63,110 bases of DNA, filler included, from Pirum gemmata (GCA_002812295.1; 17 parts of 17 records of this genome joined end to end with filler, not necessarily neighbours in it); one strand, 5' to 3'; counted from the first letter of the whole stretch, positions 48,908 to 60,914 are shown. Program-made: numbers and translations. Notes: generated by a model from the sequence alone, not told the origin.

Positions 48908-49344
48908 TAGCCGATGCACTGATTAGCTATCGTACTACTGGTATTGGCACCCCGTCCCCTTTACAAACTCCTACAAGCACTTTACAAGCACTTTACAAGC
49001 ACTCATTGTTTATAAACATATGAGTAATAAATCATATTTTTCAGTGAAAAATTGTCCTCTATCTTGCCACTCTGAATATTTATTTGGAGGGTTATAATCT
49101 TTAAATTGGCATTTTTAAATCAACACATAGATAATAAAAATATAAATTGTATTGATCTGGAACTATATATTTATTGTATATTTGACAAAACAACTGAAAA
49201 GTATTCTGATAGTACTCTATAGTATTCTATGATACCAAAAGAACCTATTTACTACTAGGTCAAATTTCCAAGTTGGACTGAAAAGAAATGTACAAAACAC
49301 ACTACACTCAAAACACCTTAGTAGGCTGGTCTACCCTTAATCCG

Positions 49345-50259
49345 AACCTTAACCCTAACCCTAACCCTAACCCTAACCCTAACCCTGACCCTATATCTAA
49401 TCCTAACCCTAACCCTAACCCTAATCCTTACCCTAATCCTAACCCTAACCCAAACCTTACCCTTACCCCTAAACCTAAAGCTGACCCTTAATTAAAACCC
49501 TAACCCTGACCCTATATCTAATCCTAACCCTACAATATTATATTTAATTTTAATAATATTATAATATTATACCCCTTCAAATTTCGAAGTCGGACTGAAA
49601 AAAAATGAGCAAAATACCTTAGTAAACCGGTTTACTCTTATTCAGTCTTTAAACCTAACCCTAACCCTAACTCTTACTCTAATCCCAACCCTAATCCTAA
49701 CCCTAATCCCAATCCTAACCCAAACCTTACCCTTACCCCTAAACCTAAACCTGACCCTATAGTACCCTAACCTAACACTCCCTAACCCTAATTTATAACC
49801 CTAACCCTAATTTCACCTTTTATATACCCCTAACTAACCCTAACCCCTGACCCTACCCTATATATATAATTATAATATAGCTAACTAAGATAACTATCTA
49901 TAAAACAACAGCTATCCTATTAAATCCATAATGATGATAATATAATATAATATTGTAATATCATTATTATACAATATAGCTATTAATTAATAATTTAAAA
50001 ATTTGCTCTTTTTCCAGTAAAACTATTAATTCATATTAAAATATTCTAAACTATTCTTTAGGGTTAGATTAGGGTTAAGGTTTAGGGTTAAGGTAGGGTT
50101 TAGGGTTTAGGGTTAGGGTTAGGGTCAAGGTAAGGGTTTTTAATTAAGGTTTAGGGTTAGGGTTAGGGGTTAGGGTTAGGGTTAGGATTAGGGTTAGGGT
50201 TAGGGTTAGGGTTAGGGTTAAGGTCAGGGTTAGGGGTTAGGGGTTAGGGTTAAGGTTAG
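49345..50259. repeat. Degenerate telomeric arrays: (CCCTAA)n at 49345-49860 and (TTAGGG)n at 50058-50259
   Basis: Opposite-strand arrays around a ~200-bp AT core. 49260-49490 is duplicated in diverged form at 49577-49760. Confidence 0.85.
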
Positions 50260-51144
50260 TTCAGGTTGTAGGACTCTTGATTATATATGGCATTAATATT
50301 GTAGTAAAAATAACATCTACAGCACAGACCAACAACTATAACAACAACATAAATAACAACAACATTGTTTACAACGACATAATAACATAATATTATTGAA
50401 GTTTATTGATTATAATCCAATTTCCAATTTTTTAATCATTTACTTTTAATAAACACAAAAAACTAACAAATTAATTATATCATACATTTATTTGTTACAA
50501 TTGACTAACTTTGCAATTTTTGACAACTTTATAAACTTTTTTTTTTAAAAAAAAAATCACAGTCCTGAGCCCTCTCAGAGTCAAAACCAAATAAGCAACT
50601 TTGGGTGGGGGGAACAAATTCCGAACAATTGCATATAAAATCGAATTTTGATATATACTGGCTAAAATAAAATGAATAAAACAAGATAATATGTAAAATC
50701 ATATAATAACTTATGCAAAATAAATTACAATAAAAATTATTTCACAGTACACCAGTTTAGTATGATGATGCTAATGAAACTGTGAGGAGCGAGTTTTTAT
50801 TTTTACGTAACGCCAATTTCCGGTCAATTACAGCTTCAAATACCCCTACCTACCTACCCCTCGACGTTAATTTCCAGTCAAATGGCACCTACCTACCTAC
50901 CCCTTGATGTGACGTATTACTTGGGCACTCCCATAGGAGAGCGCAGAGTCCTCGGGTGAGTTTGGGGGGTTTTCAGTAAATAATAATAATAATAATAACC
51001 TTATTTAGTAAAAAAATGTAATAATAAATTTCCACTGGGTTAAATTTAACTTTACAATACCAGCTATGTTTTATAATATTATTACTAAATTAAGTAGCCA
51101 AATTTATTTATAAAGTAAATATCCTACTTTTTTTTATTATGATA

Positions 51145-51181
<37 letters not shown>

Positions 51182-51340
51182 TAATTAACTGGATCTCATT
51201 TATTAGTTATATTAATTCAACCTTTTGAGAAAATAGAGGTGCAAAATATGTCATAACAGTTTCATAACTATAAAAGTTACGTTATTTATAATATGATCAA
51301 ATAAAAAAGCAAGTTCATTATTATTATTATTATTATTAAT

Positions 51341-51372
<32 letters not shown>

Positions 51373-51958
51373 ATTATTATTACTATTACTATTATTATTA
51401 TTATTANNNNNNNNNNNNNNNNNNNNNNNNNNNNNNNNNNNNNNNNNNNNTTAATTAATTAANNNNNNNNNNNNNNNNNNNNNNNNNNNNNNNNNNNNNN
51501 NNNNNNGAAGAAAAAAAAGTTTTTTTTTTTCACTAATTTTTCTCCAAAAATAAGAATTTCGAAGAAAAATGCTTTGGTACAACAGACCTCCATTCATTGT
51601 GTTTTTAATGTAGCCAAAAAACAACAATGATTATTTCACAAAGATTATTATTATTATTATTATTATTGTTATTGTTATTATTATTATTATTAAGTACAAT
51701 AACAACTATAATAAAAATAATATAATTATATTCCTAGATAATTAAGTGCATTTCACAAAGATTATTATTATTATTATAATTTTAAAATTATATTATTTTT
51801 ATTAAAGTTGTTATTGTACTTACCAACCGACAAATTCATTTATTTGGTGTGTTATAACCTTTAAATGGATTTATATTGTATTAATTTGGTACTCTATGCA
51901 ATTTTTTTAATATATTTTTTTATTATTATTTCTATTATTATTCAAAAAATCAAATCAT

Positions 51959-54703
51959 TTAAAAGAAAAATCCTCCCAAAGTTGCAGCAAGAACTGTTAC
52001 TGTGAACACTTCTAAACCACTAGCAGCTCCTTTGGGAGTAGTAGTAGGAGGTTTCTTTTCAGGAGGTTTATAATCACAAACTGGGACAGTTGGTGGTGCT
52101 TTAGCAGAAGCAGCTGCTTCAATACCTTCTCTTACAGGTTTCGAATAACTGTAAGTATAAGAGTAAGTAGTCTCAACACCGTAAACTTCTTTTTGTGTGT
52201 AACCCTTTACAGCAGTACCATATTTCATAAATACATCATTAAACGCGCCGGCGGTGTCGGTAATAGATATTTTAACTGGACAAACAGTTTCTGTGTTCGA
52301 TTTACCTGCTCCACACTCAGCTTTTGAGGTTTCAACGTTGATGGTCTTAGGTAAACCACCAACAAACTCGATATTAGCTCTAGGTTCACATGCATCTCTG
52401 GCCATACGGTCTCTGTAAAACTTTTCTAAGTTATCCATAGTATGGGACAAGATAGGGAAGGTATTATATTTTTGAAAAATAGAAAGAGTACTTTCAACCC
52501 ATCTGGTTAATAAAGAATGCTCATTACCGCCTACATCTGAATGTTGTTTAAATACCAAATTGGCTTGGTGAAACATATAAGGATCAGTACGGTATGATAA
52601 AAGATTTCTGGCAGTTTCATAAGCTTCAATTTCCAACATTTCAGGGAAAGTCAAATCTCTAGAATATTTAGCAGAAGTTCTACTACACTTAAATCCACCA
52701 AAAGATGGAGGTTCATCTTGATCATTACCATAACAATCTGGACCATAGAAGGTATTATGTTGTTTAACATCTTCTTCTGGGGTTACACAGTCAAAATAAA
52801 TACGAGTTGCAAATCGAGGAATAACTAGTAAACCTTCTTTACCAGGAACAATAGTCTTGATGGCTTCTACTTCACCTCGAAAAGTGGCACCTTGGTCACC
52901 GTTTGAACCAACTAAAGCTCTTGCGTTAAAACCGTGGTAAGTATTATCTGGTTTTAGATCAGTACGAGAATTATCCCCAACAGCAGTGTAAATACCAGCT
53001 TCTAACATTGCTTTGATTGCAACAGTGTAATTAAGACCAGAAATACGAGGGGTAACAATAGAGTTAGGAGACCAATTATTCACATTAACGTTAGGAAAAT
53101 TCTCTTTTTTCCATTTTTGATTTCTAGTTAATTCCATTACGATGTAATCATATGGAGAATAACCACAAGTTGGATACTTTGGTAAATTGTAGAAACCACT
53201 GTCTTCATCTACAATGCCAGCTCCATCTCTCTTGTAGTCACAAGTAGGGTTTTGTGTGAAGTTATCGCAAGTTAGTGCAGGCAACTGCTGAGCTGTAACG
53301 TCGCCAGCACCACAAGGGCATTTACTTTCAACACAAAGCAAATCCATATGACTCCAGGTATGACTAACCCATAAGAATGAATCTTGAAGCTCAATAACTT
53401 TCTTTTCTAATTTTCCAAGAGGGCTATCTTTGTCGTAAGTAAAGTGGTTGGCTTGACACTCTGGTCTATTTTTGTCCAGTTCGTCTGAGTCTGGTCCAAT
53501 ACAACACTCATGTATTCCTTTGAAAACAGGGGATGAACAATTTGGTACGTTGTAATAGTTCCAACCTTGAGCATTAACAGCATGCTCAATAGTGTAGTTA
53601 GAACCAAAAGGCAATGTAAGATTGAAATTCTTTTGCCAATCTGCCAATTTTTGAAAATCTTCCGCGCTAGTTCTTGCTGCAGGTACTTCATCACTTTCTG
53701 CAGGTTTTTGAATTCCGTTAGCTCTAGCTTTTTCTTTTTCATCATATGTTTGTGTGGAAATAAACACATCGTCAATATGAGTATTCAACAAAACACGACG
53801 TTGACCAAGATAGATACCTTGAGTAACCCAAGTAAACCATACATCAGATAGCGCAAGACCAGGATGGTAAAATTTAGCACCCACCCATGAAAAGTGCATT
53901 TCTTCAATGTGATGGTCACTTGAGGTATAAGATCGTCTGTAAATAAAACCAGCGTGGGACCAGTGTTCGTTTTTGTCAGGCTCTTCTTGTCTTTTGATAT
54001 CCAAAAAAGGGGTAATTTCTTTGTCTGTATCAACATTTGGATCGTAGGAGACACCAAACCAGTAACTATTAATTTCATCAGACATGAAAGTGTAATCTCT
54101 TCCTAATTTAAACTCAGAATTAATGTTGATATTATTGGAAAAACTATCAGCAACATGGGTGACACCATCAGCATTCTTTGTAAATCTAACATTAGCAAAA
54201 TCATTGCCACCTTCTTCCTTTTGAAATAAAGATTTATGAGCATCGTGGTTCGAAGCTAATATTACTTTTCTTACACCAAATCTTTCGCAGTACTTCTCTA
54301 TTTCGTAAGTCTCTTCTAAGTCCAAGGCAGATGGAAATAGTCCTGTTGTTTTATCATAAACACCCATCGTTCTATCGGTGAAAATAATACTGTTATATCT
54401 TGGTTGGTTTTTGTCACCAGCGATGTACAGTACATCCAACAAAGTAGTTTTGTTGTTGAAATTAGGGTCTTTATTTTCGTATTCCATCTCTTTCCCAGGG
54501 AACATATCATTTTTCCAATCAAGAACACGAACTACATCGAAGGAAGCTCCAACTGACTCCAGTTTGTTAACTGCAAGTGGTTGTGTACCTTCTGTTCCAT
54601 CTCCAGGAGTGTTTGATAGAACCAAAGTTCTTAACCCAATGGTAAAATCTTTGTCAGCGTAAACAGCTGAGCTGGTTGCAAGTGCAAGAGCAAAGAATCT
54701 CAT
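51959..54703 (-). CDS. Agd3-like polysaccharide deacetylase (CE18), secreted, with GPI-signal/TM-like tail (914 aa)
   Basis: Single exon with signal peptide. Motifs WVTQGIYLGQRRVLLNTHIDDVF, WVSHTWSH, SPNSIVTPRISGL, VGDNSR, PRFATRIYFDC and DPYMFHQANL are colinear with Aspergillus Agd3. Pro/Thr stalk then GAASG and a hydrophobic end. Confidence 0.9.
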   Translation of the reverse strand: MRFFALALATSSAVYADKDFTIGLRTLVLSNTPGDGTEGTQPLAVNKLESVGASFDVVRVLDWKNDMFPGKEMEYENKDPNFNNKTTLLDVLYIAGDKNQPRYNSIIFTDRTMGVYDKTTGLFPSALDLEETYEIEKYCERFGVRKVILASNHDAHKSLFQKEEGGNDFANVRFTKNADGVTHVADSFSNNININSEFKLGRDYTFMSDEINSYWFGVSYDPNVDTDKEITPFLDIKRQEEPDKNEHWSHAGFIYRRSYTSSDHHIEEMHFSWVGAKFYHPGLALSDVWFTWVTQGIYLGQRRVLLNTHIDDVFISTQTYDEKEKARANGIQKPAESDEVPAARTSAEDFQKLADWQKNFNLTLPFGSNYTIEHAVNAQGWNYYNVPNCSSPVFKGIHECCIGPDSDELDKNRPECQANHFTYDKDSPLGKLEKKVIELQDSFLWVSHTWSHMDLLCVESKCPCGAGDVTAQQLPALTCDNFTQNPTCDYKRDGAGIVDEDSGFYNLPKYPTCGYSPYDYIVMELTRNQKWKKENFPNVNVNNWSPNSIVTPRISGLNYTVAIKAMLEAGIYTAVGDNSRTDLKPDNTYHGFNARALVGSNGDQGATFRGEVEAIKTIVPGKEGLLVIPRFATRIYFDCVTPEEDVKQHNTFYGPDCYGNDQDEPPSFGGFKCSRTSAKYSRDLTFPEMLEIEAYETARNLLSYRTDPYMFHQANLVFKQHSDVGGNEHSLLTRWVESTLSIFQKYNTFPILSHTMDNLEKFYRDRMARDACEPRANIEFVGGLPKTINVETSKAECGAGKSNTETVCPVKISITDTAGAFNDVFMKYGTAVKGYTQKEVYGVETTYSYTYSYSKPVREGIEAAASAKAPPTVPVCDYKPPEKKPPTTTPKGAASGLEVFTVTVLAATLGGFFF

Positions 54704-54802
54704 TTTAATTAATTTAATTATTATTATTTATTATTAATTATTGTTATGGTTATATGGTTATATAAATAATTGAATTATTGTTTTGGTTATATGGGTTATA
54801 TG

Positions 54803-54838
<36 letters not shown>

Positions 54839-55066
54839 TGGTTGTAGGAAATTAAGGACCTTCGNNNNNNNNNNNNNNNNNNNNNNNNNNNNNNNNNNNN
54901 NNNNNNNNTTAATTAATTAANNNNNNNNNNNNNNNNNNNNNNNNNNNNNNNNNNNNNNNNNNNNTTATTATTATTATTATTATTACTATTATTATTAAAA
55001 AATAGTATGAATATTTGTAACAATAACAAAAAATTAATACAAAAACGTAACAAAACGAATATACAG

Positions 55067-56086
55067 GAGGAAGAAGATCAATCTGCGCTATTTGTAATCG
55101 AAAATGTTGAAAATGGCTCTGAAACATCGAATAATAAGCTTAGAATACGATTCGTTATCCCAATATTTTCCAATATGCAATACTATCTTTCAGGGGATGG
55201 AATGCTTGTGTTGCACTCTGGGAGAAGAACGCATACTTTTGATGTGGCATCGGTTCGTAGTTTATGGACTCTAACTTGCTCACTTGAAAAATCAAAGTCT
55301 CTTAGTGAACAAAAGAATTATTATCCTGATGGTCCTTCTCATTCTTGGCTAGCTTACTACCAGAAATTAATAGTAGAGTGGAAAGATAATTTAAAACAAG
55401 TTACGACTACACCTTCGAGCGTTGGCGTGGCAGGCGACTCGATACCAGGGACACCTACGCGTGAGAGTATCAGGGCTGGGTTGAAAAGTCTACTAACTAG
55501 TCGCCAAAATGAATTAGATTCACTGTCATGTTTAGACATTCGCAATGCTTTAGAGGAAATTTTTAATCAATCCTTATCGCACGAAAAGAAATTTATAGAT
55601 GAGCAAATGATGCAGATAATCGGCCAACTAGACACTGCTTCTGAAATTTTTGAAAATTTTCTATATTTAGGAAACGAGTGGAATGCTCTTGATATAGATG
55701 AAATCAAAGAAAAGGGAATAGGGTACGTATGTAACATGGCTATTGAGTTAGACAATTTCTTCCCCGATATTTGTAAGTATTGCAATGTACCCATATGGGA
55801 TGATGTAGAAGCAAATATTTACGATTATCTTGATGGCGTGGTTGCGTTTATAAAATCTGCCTTAAACACCAATTCTAAGATATTAGTGCATTGTAAAATG
55901 GGCATCAGCAGATCGTCCAGTGCTGTAATTGCCTTTGCTATGAGTCATCATGGCTGGTCCTTTGAATATGCTCTTGAATACGTCCGGTCGAAACGTCCAG
56001 TTGTAAAACCTAATCCAGCTTTCACCGAACAGCTTAAAAAGTATGAGCAAAGTCTTGTCAGTAGAAAAAAGCGGGGAAACGACTAA
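55067..56086 (+). CDS. SSH: Slingshot-family protein phosphatase, last exon (SSH-N tail, DEK-C and DSP domains)
   Basis: In-frame acceptor ATACAG|GAG. LSGDG..H.F..ASV..LW, NYYPDGPSHSWLAYY, DEK-C-like IRNALEE..KKFIDEQM, GQLD, LYLGNEWNA, catalytic VHCKMGISRS, VKPNPAF..QL..YE. Confidence 0.92.
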   Translation, partial: EEEDQSALFVIENVENGSETSNNKLRIRFVIPIFSNMQYYLSGDGMLVLHSGRRTHTFDVASVRSLWTLTCSLEKSKSLSEQKNYYPDGPSHSWLAYYQKLIVEWKDNLKQVTTTPSSVGVAGDSIPGTPTRESIRAGLKSLLTSRQNELDSLSCLDIRNALEEIFNQSLSHEKKFIDEQMMQIIGQLDTASEIFENFLYLGNEWNALDIDEIKEKGIGYVCNMAIELDNFFPDICKYCNVPIWDDVEANIYDYLDGVVAFIKSALNTNSKILVHCKMGISRSSSAVIAFAMSHHGWSFEYALEYVRSKRPVVKPNPAFTEQLKKYEQSLVSRKKRGND

Positions 56087-57995
56087 TATATGTGTATATT
56101 GCAAACAAAAGGAAAAGAAAAGAGAAATCGATATGTGGGGGGAGGGGGATTAAAAAAAAGGAAGTACATAATGCACGATCCTAAATGTGATGTCCCTTTT
56201 GGCTATTTACATTTGAATGTTGTAAAGGTAAGCTACCTCTCAACTACACTACTTTTACTGTACGTCAATGATTGGGAACCAAATTATTATTTTATTAAGT
56301 CATATCTTATGTAAAATTGCAAATTTACAAATCTGTTGATAGTATTGCTTTCGTGGAGTAATAACAGTAATAGTAACAAGAAGTAATAATAATATTACAA
56401 TATAAAAATTCGTTGATGTTATCATTTGAAATAGTAACAAGTTTATTAATTTACTATTTATAGTCTACTCTTATTCTTGAAATTTTAGCAAAATTATGTT
56501 ATACTGCAATTATCAGTTTGGTTTACTGATCGTATACTTTCAGACACTGTTAAATAGTCAAGTAATTCATTTATTCGTTGAAAAAATATTTCTTAAGTGT
56601 TGGGACCGCCTTATAATTCTGTGTGAAATTCGAAGCGAAAAATACGTTTTTCATAAGTTTTGAAAATTTTAGGGGCAAAAAAGCATAGATGTGCAATCCA
56701 CTTGACCATGTCATAACTTTGAAATGCGTTATTCTCGAGATTTGGAATTTTTTATGAGTAAATAATCAAAAGGGTGTAAACATATGTGTAACTCATCTGA
56801 CCTTTGAAATAGTTATTCCCAAGTTTTGGAAAATTTTATTAACAATAGTCCAAAGAACGGATTGATTTACAATCCATTTGAGTTTGTCACATACCTTTGA
56901 ATCATGTCTTAACTTTGAAAGTTTGTTTTGAAAAATAGGTTTGGAATACGAATGTCAGTTTTATCAACTATGCCGTCCTAAAGGTACAAATAGTGATCTG
57001 TAGTGTGGGTTTTAAGTAGTTCTGTTAGGCTTCCCCGAAAATTGCTTTCCTGAAAGTTTTTTAATATCGGGCCTGTTGCAGTTGTACAGTTTGCAAGCAA
57101 AAAATTCGAATATTTCAGTGAAACCCTGGAAATAATTGCTGATTCGAAAAGTTATATGTATGAAAGCCTCGAGTCGTAATTGCTAAATAAGTTCGAAAAT
57201 GTTCCAAAAATGCTCAAAAATGTTCGTTTTTCTGTGTTTGAACGTATACCTTAAATGGGCGAAAGCTCGAAATTTTCAAAACTTACAACTATCGAGGTGG
57301 CCTAGGTTCTGTGTACCCAATTCCTGACAGCGAAACATCCAAATGGATACCTTATGTGACAGGTATCCATATTAGTTGATTAAGCTAATATTATTTAAAA
57401 ACCACAATAAAAAATTAAATATAAATCAAAGAAACATTCAAACATCCGTATTCGCAACACTTTTACTTTATTATCTATACTACTTTAGTTAACACCTTAC
57501 CATATATGTAAACTGTACTTAACAATGGTAATTACAATACCGTAGCTAACATTGATTTTCAATAAATACTGCAAAAAAAAAAGTTCGTTTGAAGTATGTT
57601 TTCTTTATTTTTATCTCACAATACACTTTAGTTATGTATTAAAAATAAAAATATAATAAAAACTATATATCTGTACCGTTTACAAGTTATGATCCAGGTT
57701 GCAAATAAACAATTGAAAAAAGATTCATTTTAATAAAAACGAATCGCTTATACCCTTTTCAGCTAGTGCTCATTTAAGTAACAATTGATGCACTTGTAAA
57801 ATAACCAACTCTGCGACCGTTTCGGGGCGCGCGGGGGGGGGGGTCAATAATACATAATAATGATGTATAATGTAGTAAATCATTGAACTTGTGCATTTAG
57901 AATTCAATAGGACCTTCAATGAGTTCATGACTTTTCACGTTTGTTTATTTTATAACAGTACATGAAAGGTGAAAACAATGCGTAAAATCCCACAC

Positions 57996-58197
57996 TTAAA
58001 CTTGTTTTTTTAGTGGAAGATTGCATTTCTTCAACACGTCGAATAAAAAGTTGGCAACTTTAGGGTATATTTCATCAGACGTAGCCCCAGTAAATCGTTG
58101 TAACTTCCCTTCAGCTTGATAATACTCCAACATTGGTAATGTCACTTTATCATATTGAAGCAATCGTCTTCGTACCGTTTCCTCTTTATCATCATCC
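57996..58197 (-). CDS. Adenylate kinase (AK3-type GTP:AMP phosphotransferase-like), last exon
   Basis: TTTTAG|G-DDDKEETVRRRLLQYDKVTLPMLEYYQAEGKLQRFTGATSDEIYPKV, typical of the AK3/AK4 C-terminus. Confidence 0.85.
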
Positions 58198-58282
58198 CTA
58201 AAATTGTAGTTCAATCATGATATTAAATTAGTGTGACAAATATTGCTATTGCTATTATTATTATTATTATTATTATTATTAN

Positions 58283-58295
58283 AATAATAATAATA

Positions 58296-58355
<60 letters not shown>

Positions 58356-58909
58356 TCAATAACCCCAACAACAATAATACTAGCAATAATAATAATAATA
58401 ATAATAGTAGTAGCAGTAGTAATTTTGTTGGAAAACTTACTTCTAATGATCATAATTTAAATAAAACTAACGATATTAATAATAGTGTTATTGGTAAAAT
58501 TGATAATGATGATTCCGAACACACTTATAAATTTGCCGATAATCATAGCAACAACAGTACTAATGCTAAAAGTGGCAGACAAAATAGCATTAATAGTTTA
58601 AATAGCAACCAGAGTAATAGTGAATTACACAAAGTTAGTTCAATCGAAATTTCATCGTTGTCATTAAACTATATGACTTCAAACCATATGGCAAAGAATT
58701 TATGTACCAAATCTCTGCACAAAGTTTTGGCCAGTGAAGGTAATAACAGAGGCAATGTTTACTATACCCTTGTGGCTTTATTGAAAGCCATGCGCCCCTC
58801 CGAATTTTGTCCAGTCTTAGTTGAACTTGAAGCTGAATCTTCTACTTGCGTGTCACGAGAATTAAGATTTTTGAACCAAGGAACTTTTCTTGCTTTAATT
58901 GTCAATAAG
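58283..58909 (+). CDS. Asn-rich exon carrying the start of the SSH-N domain; upstream exon of the Slingshot gene, mis-ordered
   Basis: Open frame from the single-N join to AAG|GTTATT (phase 0). TLVALLKAMRPSEFCPVLVELEA...TFLALIVNK parallels the SSH-N segment that precedes EE..LL. Confidence 0.7.
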
Positions 58910-59053
58910 GTTATTTATTATCATTTATTTTTATTTATTATTATTATTATTANNNNNNNNNNNNNNNNNNNNNNNNNNNNNNNNNNNNNNNNNNNNTTAA
59001 TTAATTAANNNNNNNNNNNNNNNNNNNNNNNNNNNNNNNNNNNNNNNNNNNNT

Positions 59054-59334
59054 AATAATAATAATAATAATAATTCGCCAAAAGGTAAACTCTGGATTGG
59101 GAATGGTTGGCAAGAATGTTCTAGTTTTGAAGATTTTGAACGTATTTCTTTAAAAAGTCAATCTATTAAATCAGGGTCAGAAATAATTTTTAGTAAAACA
59201 TCTTATGATTCTGATAACAGTGATAATAACAACTTTAGTAAAGATACTAGTTGTGATGAATTATTACAAAGTTTAGCACTAGAACAACAAAAGAAAAAAA
59301 TGCAAGGACAACAAAGTTCAAGTTTTATTTCTAG

Positions 59335-59374
<40 letters not shown>

Positions 59375-59659
59375 CACGTTAACATTAGTAGTGTTGAATT
59401 TAATAGTATTAATAGTAGTAATAATAACAATACAAAAAAACACCGGCATTCAGCGGCTAGTGTAGATAGTGCTCTGGTCAAATGCCGCCATAATGATAGT
59501 TCTAAGAAGAAAAAAGCAGAAATGGTCGATGCTGGTTTTGTTGTTGACAAACAATTTAAAAAACAATTGAAAAAAGCTAATAGTACCAATAACCTTAAAT
59601 ATCAAAACAAAGATAAAAGTAAATTAGGATTTTTCAAATTCATTGTTTCTACACGATGA
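59054..59659 (+). CDS. C-terminal fragment of a low-complexity Asn/Ser/Lys-rich protein, unknown
   Basis: Open frame from the scaffold start (NNNSPKGKLWIGNGWQECSSFEDFER...) to TGA at 59659. Confidence 0.6.
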
Positions 59660-60730
59660 TTACAATTTAGATTTAATTAATAAAAAGGGACAACAATTGA
59701 ATAAACTTTACTAAATACAAAAGTATTATATATGTTATATACAGTAAAAAAACTTTTAAATTATTTATAATAATTANAAAATAAATAAAATTTTAAAAAC
59801 ATACCCATGTGATATATATATATATTTATATATCGAAGTGGTCTTCGATATATATATTACCCTAGCTAGCTAGCTAGTAGTATCATTATCATACTATTGC
59901 TGCTACTAGCGTCCAAATACTACGTAACGCCAATTTCCCGTCAAGCACAGCTTCAAATACCTATCTACCTACCTCTTGACGTTAATTTTCGGTCAAATAC
60001 CGCCTACCTACCTACCCCTTGACGTGACGCTAGTGACCGTAGTTCCCTAACCGGTAGATAGGATATTATTATAACTTATAAGGGATATTATATTCAACCT
60101 TTATTGGTGCGTTATAACCTAAAAAGGAGCTAATTGCCAAATATGCAAGTTTCCCAGAGAGGACAAGTTCCCTGGACAACTGTAATTTTTTTTTTTTTGT
60201 TTTTGTTTTTGTTTTTGTGCAAACAATTTAAAAACGGCCAACTTTTAGGGTTCACTAGTATTTTTAGTTTTCGATCATAAATAATATAATAGATAATTAA
60301 TAGATTTGAAATTTCAAACAAAACGTCCGACTTTTGGGGTTCACTAGAATTTTTAGTTTACGATCATAATAATGTAATAGGTAATTAATAGATTTGAAAT
60401 TTTCAAACAGGAAAAAAAGGAAAGGTCTTTTTTAAAAAAAAAAAGTACGACGCTTTTAGATTATTTGCATGCCTTGTTGGGTGGGGGCACAGCTGGGGGC
60501 ACTAGCTAGCTTGCTAGCTAGTAGCTAGGGGCCACTGGGGGGGGCTTATAGGTGGGGGTCTGACCTAGTTTCGGGCAGCCTATTGGCTTTTCACTAAACC
60601 CTTACTTGTTCTTATTGTTTATTAACAATTTATGATTGGAAGAATTGTCGGTTTTCACAGGTTGTTTTCAGAGTTGACAAACAAAGAAATGTATGTTGTA
60701 CAAATCATACATCAGTAATTATATCAATAT

Positions 60731-60914
60731 TATCGTGCTTTTCAGATGTTTTGTCATCATAAAGTATACAATAAAGAGAACCAAATCAATAGAATATAAA
60801 TCCATTTCATTTAATTTGGTGTATTTAATTATCTATTTATTCATTTAAAAATGTCAGCTTAAATATTATAACCAACCCAATAAATATTCGGAGTGACAAA
60901 ATAAATGAAAACCA
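60731..60914 (+). mobile_element. MITE family A copy
   Basis: TATCGTGCTTTTCAG...AAATGAAAACCAC. Another copy at 61323-61478. Confidence 0.82.

Noticed and set aside
9291..54703. Secreted genes (Cys-rich, C2, lactonase-like, Agd3-like) as one co-located cell-wall cluster
   Set aside because: Each lies on a different scaffold separated by artificial linkers, so proximity carries no information.
56590..57370. Higher-complexity intergenic block that may be a non-autonomous DNA transposon
   Set aside because: I could not define TIRs, a TSD, an ORF or a second copy.
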